A DNA stretch of 64,000 nucleotides from Styela clava (taxonomy: Eukaryota), in assembly GCF_964204865.1 (NCBI RefSeq), contig NC_135251.1, positions 22,010,001-22,074,000 of the forward strand, in the 5' to 3' direction. Of this stretch, positions 1-13,100 are shown piece after piece; position 1 is the stretch's first letter, and each line of letters starts with the position of its first letter. The notes under the pieces were generated by a model, which worked only from the letters and a program-made list of their open reading frames with translations, was not told where the DNA came from and ran no database searches. The position numbers and the translations under genes are program-made.

Positions 1-3000
1 AACCTCACACGAAATAACATTTACGCAATAGAAATCTTACAGGCAGCATATCCGGGGATACACCCCTTGTTTTTACTAAACCATGATTCATATATGACAA
101 GTTTTTGAATGGAACATAACAAATTATAATATTTTATGGACGCTTTGTCATGGCGCCGTCGCGATTGTACCACATCGTATATTTGATAAAAACCAATAGA
201 TAAATCAATATGAAAACATACACTAAAAAACTCCGCCTTGAGCTATTTCCACGAATAGAGTGGGAAATCATACAAGACACGCGTTTTGAGAATTTTCTAA
301 TATATCTGCATTACCTACTGTGAACAAATAAAGTCGCGGCTAAAACTCGGGCCATGAGTGATGCATACTTGACATTCAATATCGGTGAGATTGTCTTGAA
401 CACAACAAGTGACTAATGCGCGTATGCTTGACAGCTACTGGGAGTAATATAATCAGTGGCATATAGCTAGCCATCTGACTCCATCTTTTTTTTCAACTAT
501 CCTAACTTCCCGTCGCATCATCAACCTGGGGACACATTTATATGAATATTTTCCTGACAAACACAGATGAAAATTATAACGTATACGTCATCGAATGATG
601 TCACCTTATGGGGTTTGTAATCAAAATTTACCAGTATCAAATTAAAAAAATCAACCAAGGAAAATAATCTTTTCATAAAACTGACAAAACTAGATTCATG
701 TAAAATATAATATTGTTTGTATTACGTTGTATTTAAACAATAAACTTTATATTATATAAAATTTATGCTAACAGGTTTATCAATTATTTCCCCTGGTTGA
801 CGTTTTTTGCGCCATCGGTGATTTATAAATTACAATACCCTGCGGTGACATCAACCAATGACGTATTTATTTTGTGAATCTCCGTTGCTGTTAGTTGCTA
901 GTTTAGTTTTGAACACAAGATGTCACGGGTTGTTTATTATTTATTTAACCACAGTGAAATACGGTAGTTTAAAAAACTGAGAATGACCATTGACGTCAAT
1001 GGATGATGTAAAGATATTGAGTTTGTATTCCTTCACTTCTGTATAATTTATAATAAAGTAATTGTAAAGTCAATACTGGTTTATTTCGCTTTGCTTTTCA
1101 TACAGTCTATCGACTATCTATACATATGTGACACGTTATAGTGGCGCTCATTACGCGTAATTCGTCCACATTGGGCCATTTAAAAATCAAAAATACGTCA
1201 CTTTTATGATGATCACAACCAAGTACAACAATACTTCTATGATGCATTGAGGGTTTGAGGCATTTAAAATATTGTATTGGGACTATTGAATATGCAAACA
1301 ATTGAACTACTGAGCATATAAAAAATGTTTTTCCGGGGTATTTTATTTTCACATGAAGCAAAATCTAACGACTTGCTTATCATCACGCCCCGTCCCGGGG
1401 TACGGCACCGTGATCATTATTTTTAACCCTACAGTGTGAGTGACATTAATTTTACAATTTCGAAATTGCTAAACATGTATTTCAACTACAAATAATTTAG
1501 AACATTCACAGACGAATTTGTTGTACACAATTGAATGTGGAAAGTGTTGCTGAAAATAGTACGGCTGCGGCGTGTGCTAAAAATTAATTGTAATAAATAT
1601 TTTTGGAAAAAATATTCAACTGTATTTAAAAATCATTCATCTGATAACCATAGAGTATTTTTTAAATTTATTTTAATATGCTATGTTTTATCATGTTCCG
1701 TTTTAATACAGTCAAATACGTAATTTGGCATCGGAAATTCCGATATGACGTTTATGAGCGAGAGAAGTTATCAGAACAATTATTAACGAGATTAAATATG
1801 TGGATTTTACCCCAACGAGACCACGATGCGGAACTGATGATGTTCAATCGCGAAATGGTGAAATTGTGGTCAAAGTTTAATTTTAGCTTTTTCCCAAAAT
1901 AGCGTAAAGTCACGAATAGAAGCTTTTTTTTACCTCATAAAAATTACTTTCCCGTATTTATATATTCAACTGTCCTTTATGGATAAACTTTATTAAAAAG
2001 TTTGTGAGCATTTCATTCACATAGCGACTATATAACTAGCATTTCAAAATACAAATTGCTGGAAAGAAGCGTACAGCGATATAGATTACAGATAGTTACG
2101 TGTGGGTAGTAATTCAGATCGCAAAATCACTGATATTTAGGAGTAATAATAAACACTACTAAAATATCAGAACAAATATTAATCGATTTCGCTATAATAC
2201 AACCAAAATACTATTTTTCTCACCCTAATAAACAGTCAAGATGATATACATATTGCTCCAACACGTTCAAAATATATTTCACCAACCCCAACAAGAGTCC
2301 CAAATATTTGGATTTTATGGAACAATTCTTTCCGAGGTGTATAAATTGGTAGCTTTAGTTTAGGCTAAATCCCTACCATCTTTCCGAAAAGGGGCCAGAG
2401 ATAGGACAAAGCATAGCGTCGTATAGCAAAACAACGACGTCATAATACGAAAATATGGCGTCACCATTCGAATGCGCCATCAACGAATCTCCCCCATATA
2501 TTTTACTAGATCCAACGAAGGGTCTCAAGCTTAAATTTTGAGTGACAATAAAAGAAAGTGAGAAGTGATAACAGGTTTTTTATCTGGCACGAAAATTCCG
2601 ACGGCATACATTTAGGTTAAGTCTCCTCGCGGTTTGAAATCAAAACAAACAGAGGTCTTTCAGAACGACACGCGCTTAATACGTGATTATTATGGCAGCA
2701 TCCCTAAAATACCACCGCAAGCGTTACAAAGGAAAGATTGAGATATTGTACGTCATCCGTTTATGTCATCTAGTAATTCAAAATTACGTATTTCATAGTT
2801 GTTAAGTTGAAACCTGGGGATATCTTCTGTAAAATTAGCGATGTGCGACAATAGGGATTTTGAAAATGTATACGTCATTAATGTGATGTCATTTCAGATT
2901 TTGTAAATTGACTTTGTTATACTGAAACCGCCCACCTGGTTTAATCGTTGATTAAAGATTAGGAAACTAACAAGATTCAATTAAACTAAATTAATCATAT

Positions 3001-4104
3001 ATATCGCTAGCAAGAGCCAGAGTAAAAATTTGAAGCATAAAAATGAAACGGCGTGTTGGTCCATTTATTATGTTATTTGTACTCGTTTTTGTTGTGAAAG
3101 AAACAACACAAAAGTAGTATGTATAATGCAATATAGCCAGGGTTGGGATTCAGGGGTCGCCAACCCTTTCTTGAAATATCGTAATATTAGCGAGCACATT
3201 CTTGCATTTTGTTTAAACGATCGCAGCAAATTTGTAACGTGCCTTGCATCTGATGACCAGCGTTATTTTTGCTGATCATCCAAAAATTAATTATATGTTT
3301 TATGTAAACCATGCCACGTTAATGCATTCACACATATTTTCGAGATGATGGAACTTGTTGTTGGTGAATTAGATGAAAAAGAGCACCCGTTGTTAAAAAT
3401 AAGACTGTTTAAATTGACAGTTCGATTTACTTGTTTTATCACGCTCATCAGAGATGTAGATCACGCCTTTGATGGGGAATGGTTCTCGTATACATCATGC
3501 ATGAAAAACAGATTTCTACTAAGTACGTAGATTTGAATAAAATAATCATTCCTGTGAAATTAACCAGGGGAAACAATTCATTTATATAACTGACAAAAAT
3601 AGATTCCTGACAGGTCTAATAAAATTTGTTCTGTGTTGTAAAACAACAAATTTTTTGAAACTTTCATACTTCTGTTTTCGGACATTTCAATACTGTTCAA
3701 GCCTAAATTTTCCACTCCATTTTTAATAAATTCAAATCTTTACAAAACTCCACAAGTATAAATTGAAAAGTTTCGTTACTCTCAACAAACATTTACAAAC
3801 CACGAAAGCCTCTTCAAATATTGCTGCGTGACGTTTTAACTTTGCTCACTATTTGCAGATTTGTTTGATATAACGCAATACATACGTCGTTGGAAACTCC
3901 GATACAAGATTTCGTAGGTGAGAGTAAACATCCGTAGAAAAATAATGTCACTAATTTGTGTATTCAATGACCCAAATAGTTATGATCTAAACCAGTGACG
4001 TTGATGAAGTAGCTTTGATTGGATGAATGATTTTCAAGAGGGAAAATAAACTTTTATTTATAGACCGCCTTTCGAGTTCTTTCGCTCAAAATAACATTTA
4101 TCAA

Positions 4105-7100
4105 TTAAAATAATAAACGGGTGTTCTAAAAATAACTTGAAGATTGGTTAAGCAAACTCAAAATCGATGCAAGCTTTAAACTGTTTAAAATAGTCATGTA
4201 GACAAAAATAGATTTTCGCCAGCTAGAAACCTAACGTAGTCAGTCACTTAATCTCTGATCAAAGGTAGACAGCAGAAAGATATTAATATAAAAATAAAAA
4301 TCACCTTTCCGGTTGCCACTGATTTTCCCGGAGATTTTGGCGTGCTTGGATCGTCAGTAAATGATGCACCACCGGTTACAAAGTCCATCGATGGTGCTCT
4401 AGGTTGTGGCGGAGGGGTTTGGAGTCGATATACCGGCAACGCACGAAATATAGCACCACTTTCTGGCTCAGCAGGTTTCGAACTTTCGAGACTGCTTTTG
4501 TCTGCCTGTGATGACAAAAAGAAAATAGTCATTTCGAAGGAGCTAATTTTTCAGCCTAATCGCATATTTGGGCACTTTTGAAAATTGCCACTTGTGTTTA
4601 AGCAAAATAAAAAATCTCACAAAAAAGCTTCTTTAGAAGCGAAATTACGTTGATAATTTCATATCTGTTTTCATCGTTTTGGCTTAAATCTTACACTATG
4701 TTACTTTACCAAATAGGATAAAACTATTCGACAGCCAACCGCGCTCATAACATTGATTCTACTCCTTTCACTTTTTGAAATCCATGTGAGTCATGCGTGA
4801 GTCCACTAGGCCGTGGTTCCAACAGTCATTACTATGGGTTTTATATGGAAAACTTCATTTCTCTTCCTAAAATTAATATTGTACAAACAGACCTTTGGTT
4901 TTACTAGAGCTTTAAAAAATTTCTTATTTCGAACTTCCAGGACATTTGGTGGTTGGGTCATATTTGGTAGAATTTGTTGTCGTTGAATTAAATCACGATC
5001 ATATGCAGATCTTCGGAATGGTTTCCATCTGGAAAGGATACACGCATGGTGTTATGTTGTATTAGGATATGGGACTGTTATACCAGGCCCAAATTAACTC
5101 GAGTTAGAATCACTCCTTGAGTTTTCAAATAATAATGCAGAAAAGAATAAAATTGCATTTGTATATTACTATACTGTGACTATTTTATATTATTTCCTTA
5201 TTATACTGTTCGAAACGAAAGCATGTTTCCATTGACAATTTTGTTCAAATAGTTTTAACTATCCAATGTGGCATAACAGCATATGAAGAAATTCACTCTC
5301 TGGCCCCAGCTAGCGGTTGAAGAATATGAATCATAACTCATTCGCAATAACATATTATATTTGAATATCGGTCTAGCGTTGAACTTGAAACAAAGACTAC
5401 GAACATTTAGAAAAGTTTGTCAAAAAATAACGGTCCGTAAAACAAACCTCTAGCGATCTTATCGTTTTCACGCCTAATTACAGTGCTGTAGAGCAGGGAT
5501 TCTCAAACTTATGATGTTGCGGAGCCCTTGAAAATGTTGACTATTCTTCACGGGGCCCCACAAATAAATTTTGAAAATAACGCAGACAAAAAACACATAT
5601 CATTTGCTGATAAATATTCCCGAGTAAGTTAAAATTACTTTACCTAATTTAAATGCTAAAACTTTTTAATCTGCATTTCACAGATAAATTATATATATTA
5701 GGTCTGTAAAATTGAAAACTTGACAAACACATTAATGAACTCGAAATGAGGTCGAACCACCTCACTTTTGATATTTTTGGAAGACTAAGGAAGTCGCTCC
5801 TAACATGCGCGATTGCATTTTGTTAAAATGCGACTTTTTTTCGATATGTGACAATATATAAGGTAATTGTGAAGATTATTAATCAATTTGTTATTGCGAA
5901 CAAAATACATTTCAATCCTTCGTTTTTTCGTTCACTTGACTTTGTTGTTTCTCGTTTGATGTCCGCGGATTGGCATGGTAATTTTGGGCAGTAATGATTT
6001 TATATTGTCGTAAGTCCACGCACCCACAGGTTACATTGAACACAATGAAGCCAATAAACAAGGCATTTTAACATGCAGGCATCGGTCAGGGATTGAGCAA
6101 TTGTAAATTGTAGTCTTTGAGATTTTAACATAGCTGAGAGAACAACTCAAATTTGATGAATCCCAAGATCGCAAAAATAGGATTCCAATCTATTTATAGT
6201 TGGCAGTTTAGCACTTATTTTATATTATTTTAGAATGTAGTAATAGTATTTCCCATTTTGATAATCGTAATTGTAATCTAGACTCATAGGCAAGTAACGA
6301 GAAACACAATTAAATTATTATGACACGACATTTTGAATGCTCGCATCGGCCATGGATGGAAACTCGTTATCCACTGAAAAAGTTTTTTTTTTATCGAGTG
6401 GCCTAATAGCGAGTAGTGGTGCCAGGGAATTTTTAATTTCAATTTTGAACCCTCCCCTCTCTCTTTTAAAAATCCTGGCTGCACTTCTACTTATAGATAA
6501 TGTAATATATATTTGAATTACGCCTCGTTGCGATATTTCGACGCTATACTGTTGTCAGATTTTATTAATGGTGTTATTACCTATCGATCTTAAGATCGGT
6601 AAGTATATTGATAGGTATTTGTCTGTATGTATGTCTGTCTGTCTGTGTGTCTGTTAGATGAACGCGATATCTCGCGAACGCGTGGTTGAATCTGCTCCAA
6701 ATTTTGCATGTGCATGCATCTTACCTCGGACCAGAAGCCTATAGATTTTGGGTTAATTATGTCGTATAATTAGCGAGTTATTAACTAATTACCGATCTAA
6801 GATCGATAAGTCTTCGGTCTCCGACCGATATTCTCGTTGCTTCTTTGAACAGTTACAGAATAGCCAAGATCATATTTTGACAAGTAATCGAATAGCTCGC
6901 GGAGCCCCTAGGTTCCTCTCGCGGAGCGCTGGGGCTCCGTACGGAGCACTTTGAGAACCTATGCTGTAGAGGAAGCATGTTCAAAATTATATTTTTAACA
7001 TCCGACGAATTCAAACCTTTCTGCATCAAATATGAGAGGGTAATCATATTTTTTCGTTTGTGGTTTCCTTCTACCACTTCGTATATTGACAGGTTTGACT

Positions 7101-10100
7101 GGAACTTCGTTGATGTCGTATGGAAGAACAGGACTTGAAGGTAGAGAAGGATTAGGTGATAAATACCAAACTCTATGCTGTCCGAAATACCCTACGTAAT
7201 GAGCACGTTGCGGATACCAAATTCTAAAAAAAATTAAAAAAGTTAGTGAAACCCTACAACAAACAAATCAGTGAAAAAGCATGATAAATTAGGTATAATT
7301 TAGAGTATGAAAACAAAGGGAAAAATCGTTGAGTTTGTAATAAATACTAGAAAAAAAAAATTATGCCAACATATACAGGAATGAGCCTCCATTTCTGCTA
7401 ACCTGACTGATCCATCGGTAGAAGCGGTGATAAGTGCACCAGCTTCATCGCCATAAACTACGGATACAATTTTCATAAGATGAGCCCTCCAACTTATTAT
7501 TTGTCGAACTAGTTCAGTGTTAGCTTGAACTGATGTACCGGTGTTTGATTTTTGAAGAAATTCGGAGACGTCCCACATTGTAACGTAACCCTCTGGCAAA
7601 AATATAAAAGTTGAGGATGTACGGAAAAGAAACCATGATTTTTTATTGTATTCATGCACGTAGACTAAATTATACCAAAGATCAACAATAATTTTGCGCT
7701 CATTTCCATATCTATGTAATGTTCATGTTTACCGGTAGCCGATGTAACATCAAGGTAATATTTTATTTTTCAATCAATAATTAGCAGGTTCTTCCGGTAT
7801 CAAAAATATACCCCTCATCTTGTTCTATATTTATACGAAAGAAGGATAAAATACAAAATAGCACGGGATAAACAGATAGACTCCCAAGACAACACTATAC
7901 ATGTACATAATGTGGCAACAATGTCATGACCATTGCCACGCATGAAGTGAGTTTGCTCACATGAACCGAATGAAAAATTGAAATATTTTATGCAAGAAAT
8001 AGACGCGTTTACATCAGATCTATACAGTATATGTGAGTTTTACATTTGCAGCTTGGGGAGTAAGTTTAGTATTTATAACGCGACTAGGCTTTTAGTTATA
8101 TATTTCAAACCAACGCAAATCAGAATTGTTAAACGAATAGAGATATGTGATTAAAACTGAGTCCAATAGAACTAAAGACAAGGAAATTGAAATTGTTCAC
8201 ATCTAACAGTAATATGGCTCAGATCGCGATTTAAGAGTTTTTGAAATTACAGGCACATATCTTACTTGTATCGCCAACGATAAGATAGTTTGAATATTCG
8301 TCATTACACATCGTGGTGATTGGTGAAACGACTTTGGTCATTGGTACAAGAGATACAAGCAATTCTCCGGTCATTGACCACAATCTGTAATACAAGAAAC
8401 CAGTTCAAAAAAATATGTTTGCAACGAATGGAATTGTGCGCTAATGATTTGCTAACTGCTTTTCTTTCTTATATGCTTTTTTGTCGATGATTCGTATTTA
8501 CATCATTCAATGATGCTGTAGCAAGAGTAAAGATAACTATTCTAATTGATTCTTGCTGGGCCTAAAACGAATATATATTCCAGTAGCATTTCGCCTGACC
8601 AAGGTCAGACTTCTTCAGAAACACAGAGTTCAACTACTCTCAGAATTCCTAATTGCTATAATTATGACAATTCATTATCGTGCCTTGCATAATAATAAAC
8701 AATAATGCTTTGATACAATTCGGCCTAAAAGTCTTAATTCTAATTGGCGATTGTCATTACCTCACGTTAGAATCTTGATGACATGATGCGATAACTGGTG
8801 GGAACTCAACTTCTACTTTCTTGATGGGTTCCGGATCAATGTCCATTAGCTGACGCTCCTCGAAACTTTTTAGATCAAAATCGTCACCGTCTTGTTCTTC
8901 ATCTGAAGTCTACGAAAAATAGGTAAATAGTACAACACATCATGCGATACATTCCATTTTATTAAATCTCTATAAGACAGTTAGAAAATAAAAATTTTAC
9001 TATTATTAATGGATGTTTGTCCCAAAGCATCAACTTCCTTGTTTACTTCCATTACATTGGCTAATCAAAATGTAGGTGACGACGAAACAATTAAATTTTA
9101 GCAGTGACTCTGACACTTTTTTTCACTCAGACAGTTTTCAGGTACGATGACAAACATTCGATTTTTCGTGGATTGTCAAGTTTTAGTTGCATTTTCGAAA
9201 TTTAGGAGCAAATAAAGTTTCAGAGTTTTAGTTTGGCTGCATTACCCAAATATTAATCTGCTATAACCTAGGGCCTGGGCTAAAATTTTTACCGGCACAT
9301 ACCGTATTTTTAAATGCTACGCGGTTGAATATTTTAAATAAATATGATTTGAAGCATGTAAACCAGGTTGTAAACGCTAATTCATGAAAAAAAAGGCAAA
9401 ATAAACCTCAACAATTTTGCAATGGTAAAGTATCGGAAAGATTCCGGGGAAACACCCATAGAATTGAATTTTCGTCCATAAGCATAAGGCCCTCCCTGGG
9501 CATATGAAGGACCGTGTTTCGGGCAACCTTTTATATGACAGTCATTAAAAATAACAAACCTCAACGTCAATCTGTGCTTCTTCAGCAGGATCATCATCAA
9601 CTTCTTCTTTCTTTTCCTCTTTAGCATCATCCTACCAATAAGTAATTTATACTTTTTATTGTTTTTTTATTTATAGAATTTTGGTATAAACATGAGAGTA
9701 TAATAGTGAAGCATGTAATTCGATACAATATACATTTTTATAACAATTACCTATTTAAAATGCCTTTACAATTATGTTTATGCTGGTATTGGAAATTCTG
9801 ATAGTTCGTTTTCTTGCTTTTCTGCATAGCTCACACCAAAGTCTAGAATGGACTTGAAAGCAGCAGTTGTTAGTCAAAAGTGGAATTCTCTATCTATATT
9901 GGTGAATTTCACCTTCTGTTCTTGCTCTGTCTTTTCTTCCTCGTCTTCTTCAGCTTCATCGTCTACCAATCCACCTTCGATCTCCAACATTTTCTTTTTT
10001 CGTAATTTTCTCCTTCTTTTTACTTCTTCTGGATCGGGTACAAATATTTTGTGACACAACCCTGCTACTTGGTTCACGCGATAAGGAAACATTTCTTTCA

Positions 10101-13100
10101 TTCTTCTCTCACGACTGTCGTAACGACTGGGAACTTCTGCCTTTTCGAGTTCAAAGCTGTGAAATAAGAGAAACGCAGTAATAGACGACAATATTTTCAA
10201 AAAGCGTAGATATAAAAGTATTGTGTTTTGCTGGCATCTGCAGTTTCGAACTTCACGCCTTCGTCATGTGATCATGGTTTTTGACAAAGCCTTGACGGCT
10301 TCAGAAAGCCTTCCGATTTTGCATAGTTCAACTATTATATGAATATCTAATTCAAATCATGACCCATTTTTGCCAAAAAGCAAAAAGGAATATTTTAGAA
10401 ATAATCATATATATTATCAAGTATTTGTTACGGTTTAAATGCTCGGTAAGTTTTTTTTCTTTGTTTCATTTATAAAATGTGTATTCATAAAAAACTAGTT
10501 ATTCAGGTGACCGTACATTTGAACCCATGTGTATATCCGCGGGTTCATTCTATATGCGGGTGCTTAAACCCATGGGTTAGGGTTAGTATGGGTTCAAATA
10601 TCCTTAAAACAAAAAAATTTCTATAGGTGCAATAGTATGCAGGTGCAATTGTCGTGGGTTCAAATGTGCGTGGGTTCAAATGTTATGGAACTCGTTATTC
10701 AACGTAAGAAGAATAAAAATTAACACTCACACATTAGATACTGTTCCTTCCTCCGGATTCCACAGAATAATATTTCCATTAGAACATCCGGTAACAAGTA
10801 TACTTGAAACAGAAGGCAAACGGACGTCCATCATCGAGCAGCAAGTGATTTCATGGCGAAGAAAGAGGTCTTCCTAAATTGCAAAAGTATACTAACGGTT
10901 AACAAATTTTGCAATAAAAATTGAAAAATATGTGATGTGGTAGTCAATGTAAATTATAGGCTTATAGTCTTATCTGATCATGCTCTAAATTTTCTAAAAT
11001 ATACATTTTGATTTTAGAGAAGTTTAAATTAGCTTGACTTGTCAACTATTGTAGGTGACAAACATTTTTCTCGTGGAAGTTTCGATTTTACGATATTAGA
11101 AATATTCTAATATTCCTGTGCCAACTTGTGTCTTGTAACATTTCCGTAGCAATAAAAATCTTTATGTACCTACTCTTAGCTCATCAATTGACAGTTGTAA
11201 CTGGCCTGTCAGTAATCTGGTTAGTTCTAAGAAAAAAGAGTCTGATCGCTTAGAGCAGTGGTCGGCAACGGGCAAACCGTGGGCCGCCGAGAATTTTCTG
11301 GTTGGTCACCAATAAATTTCAATTATAGCAGTGATACACAAAAACATTTTAACTACAAAAATTAAATGTTTTTAGTGTACGGGGTTAAATTTAAAATTTT
11401 CAACGAAATTGTTGGGTCTTAAAACTTTTTCCATTCTACTATTTGACCCTCACTTAAAAAACCACCGGTTTAGACAGTCTACCGGAAAGAAAGTCGTCAG
11501 TATCTCTTCTGCATATCAGAATCTCTCACTTTTTCAGTTATTAGTGATCTCCAGCTAAAAGAATTTGTTGGCAATCAATTTTGATATAAAAGTCAAATTC
11601 GCATAAAGTCAGTTGCAAACAATTGGTATATAATCACTTTTCTAAGAATCCCTTTATCGTCGTCGTCTTCAGCAGTTTTCTTCTTTGTCTTTTTGTCGGA
11701 ATCACCTTCTACACTTCCTGTCAAACTTGCAGTCTGAAATGAATTTAATCTGATATATTGCAAAATACTTTGTATTATGTCAAATAATTTACATATGAAT
11801 AAAACTTCAGTATTCGAAGGCCAAACATAATTGTTCGTTTTTACATTTATCTAATTCAAACAAAGAAATTAGTCAACGATATATGTATCCCGTTTCTATA
11901 TGAAAGAAGTCGTGATTCACTTTTGTTGTTTGAAATGATCACCAACTTCAATCTTTTGGTATTATTCATATTCTAAACAATCACGAATTTTGATTTATTC
12001 CATCTACAAAATGTTAATTACAAATGTATAAAATAATTATTAAAGACCATCGGAATGCTTTTTAACGAGTACAACAAGGTGAAAGCTCACAGATGTAGAT
12101 GCGCAACCTTACCTCTGCGCCAGGTTCGGGTGTAGTCTGTGGTGTAGGAGGCCACTCATATGTTCCACTGAACTCACGTACAAAACGAATTTCATCGTTT
12201 TCATCACTATCCTAAATGAAGAAATATCAAACAACTCAAATATAATTTGTAGCATGGTAAAATTATTGTTACTGTTCATCCGTTTTAATTTGAACTCTAA
12301 GATTATGATAAAATAAATTTTAATTCATAAAATAGGTGAAAATATATGGAATTAGAGAAATAACACTACCTCAAATTCTTTCAACTTATTGTTCCATCCC
12401 AATGCTAATATTCTCCGATTTACAATTTCATCTTTCTGTTGATATTCTGTAAAATATATATATTGACAGGTCTCGATGGCATTATCTATAGCAATTTCAC
12501 AATATGACGTAGTGGTTGGCGAGTTCGCGAACTGATGATGTCATCTTGGGGAAAATCTTACTCATTGTATAGTTTGTGACAAACAAATCATCTCGCCAAG
12601 AGGGCAAGATGTTGGGTGGATGTTGTGGTACAGAACAGGATTATGTTCACGCGATTTATTGTAACGTGACCTTCCCGGGGGAAGTGTAGAACACCCAATT
12701 GAAACATTCGTTCTGTCAATAACATGAATTGAAGTTATTTGAGCAGTTTATATTGGTATTAATTTTTACATTATGATCAACAAAATTGATTGGTACAAGT
12801 TTACATCCAATTACTCTACAATTCTTATATTGGGGAAGTTTTAGGCAAATTATCATTTTTCCTCCAATACTACCTATTGTATGCCTATTGATGATAACGT
12901 ACCATGCTCAAATTGCTTGTTTTCGTTTTGCTCATCAGTGTCTTTATTTTTCTTCTTATTTAAATAGGAAATCCACAATATGGAATTATCTTCCTCGCTT
13001 GGGGGATCGAGTTGATATGATTTCATTTCTTGTCCGCTGCTGAACTCCCAGATTTTGATCGATCCTAGTTCGAAAATGAACGAAAAATTCAAGGTTATCA

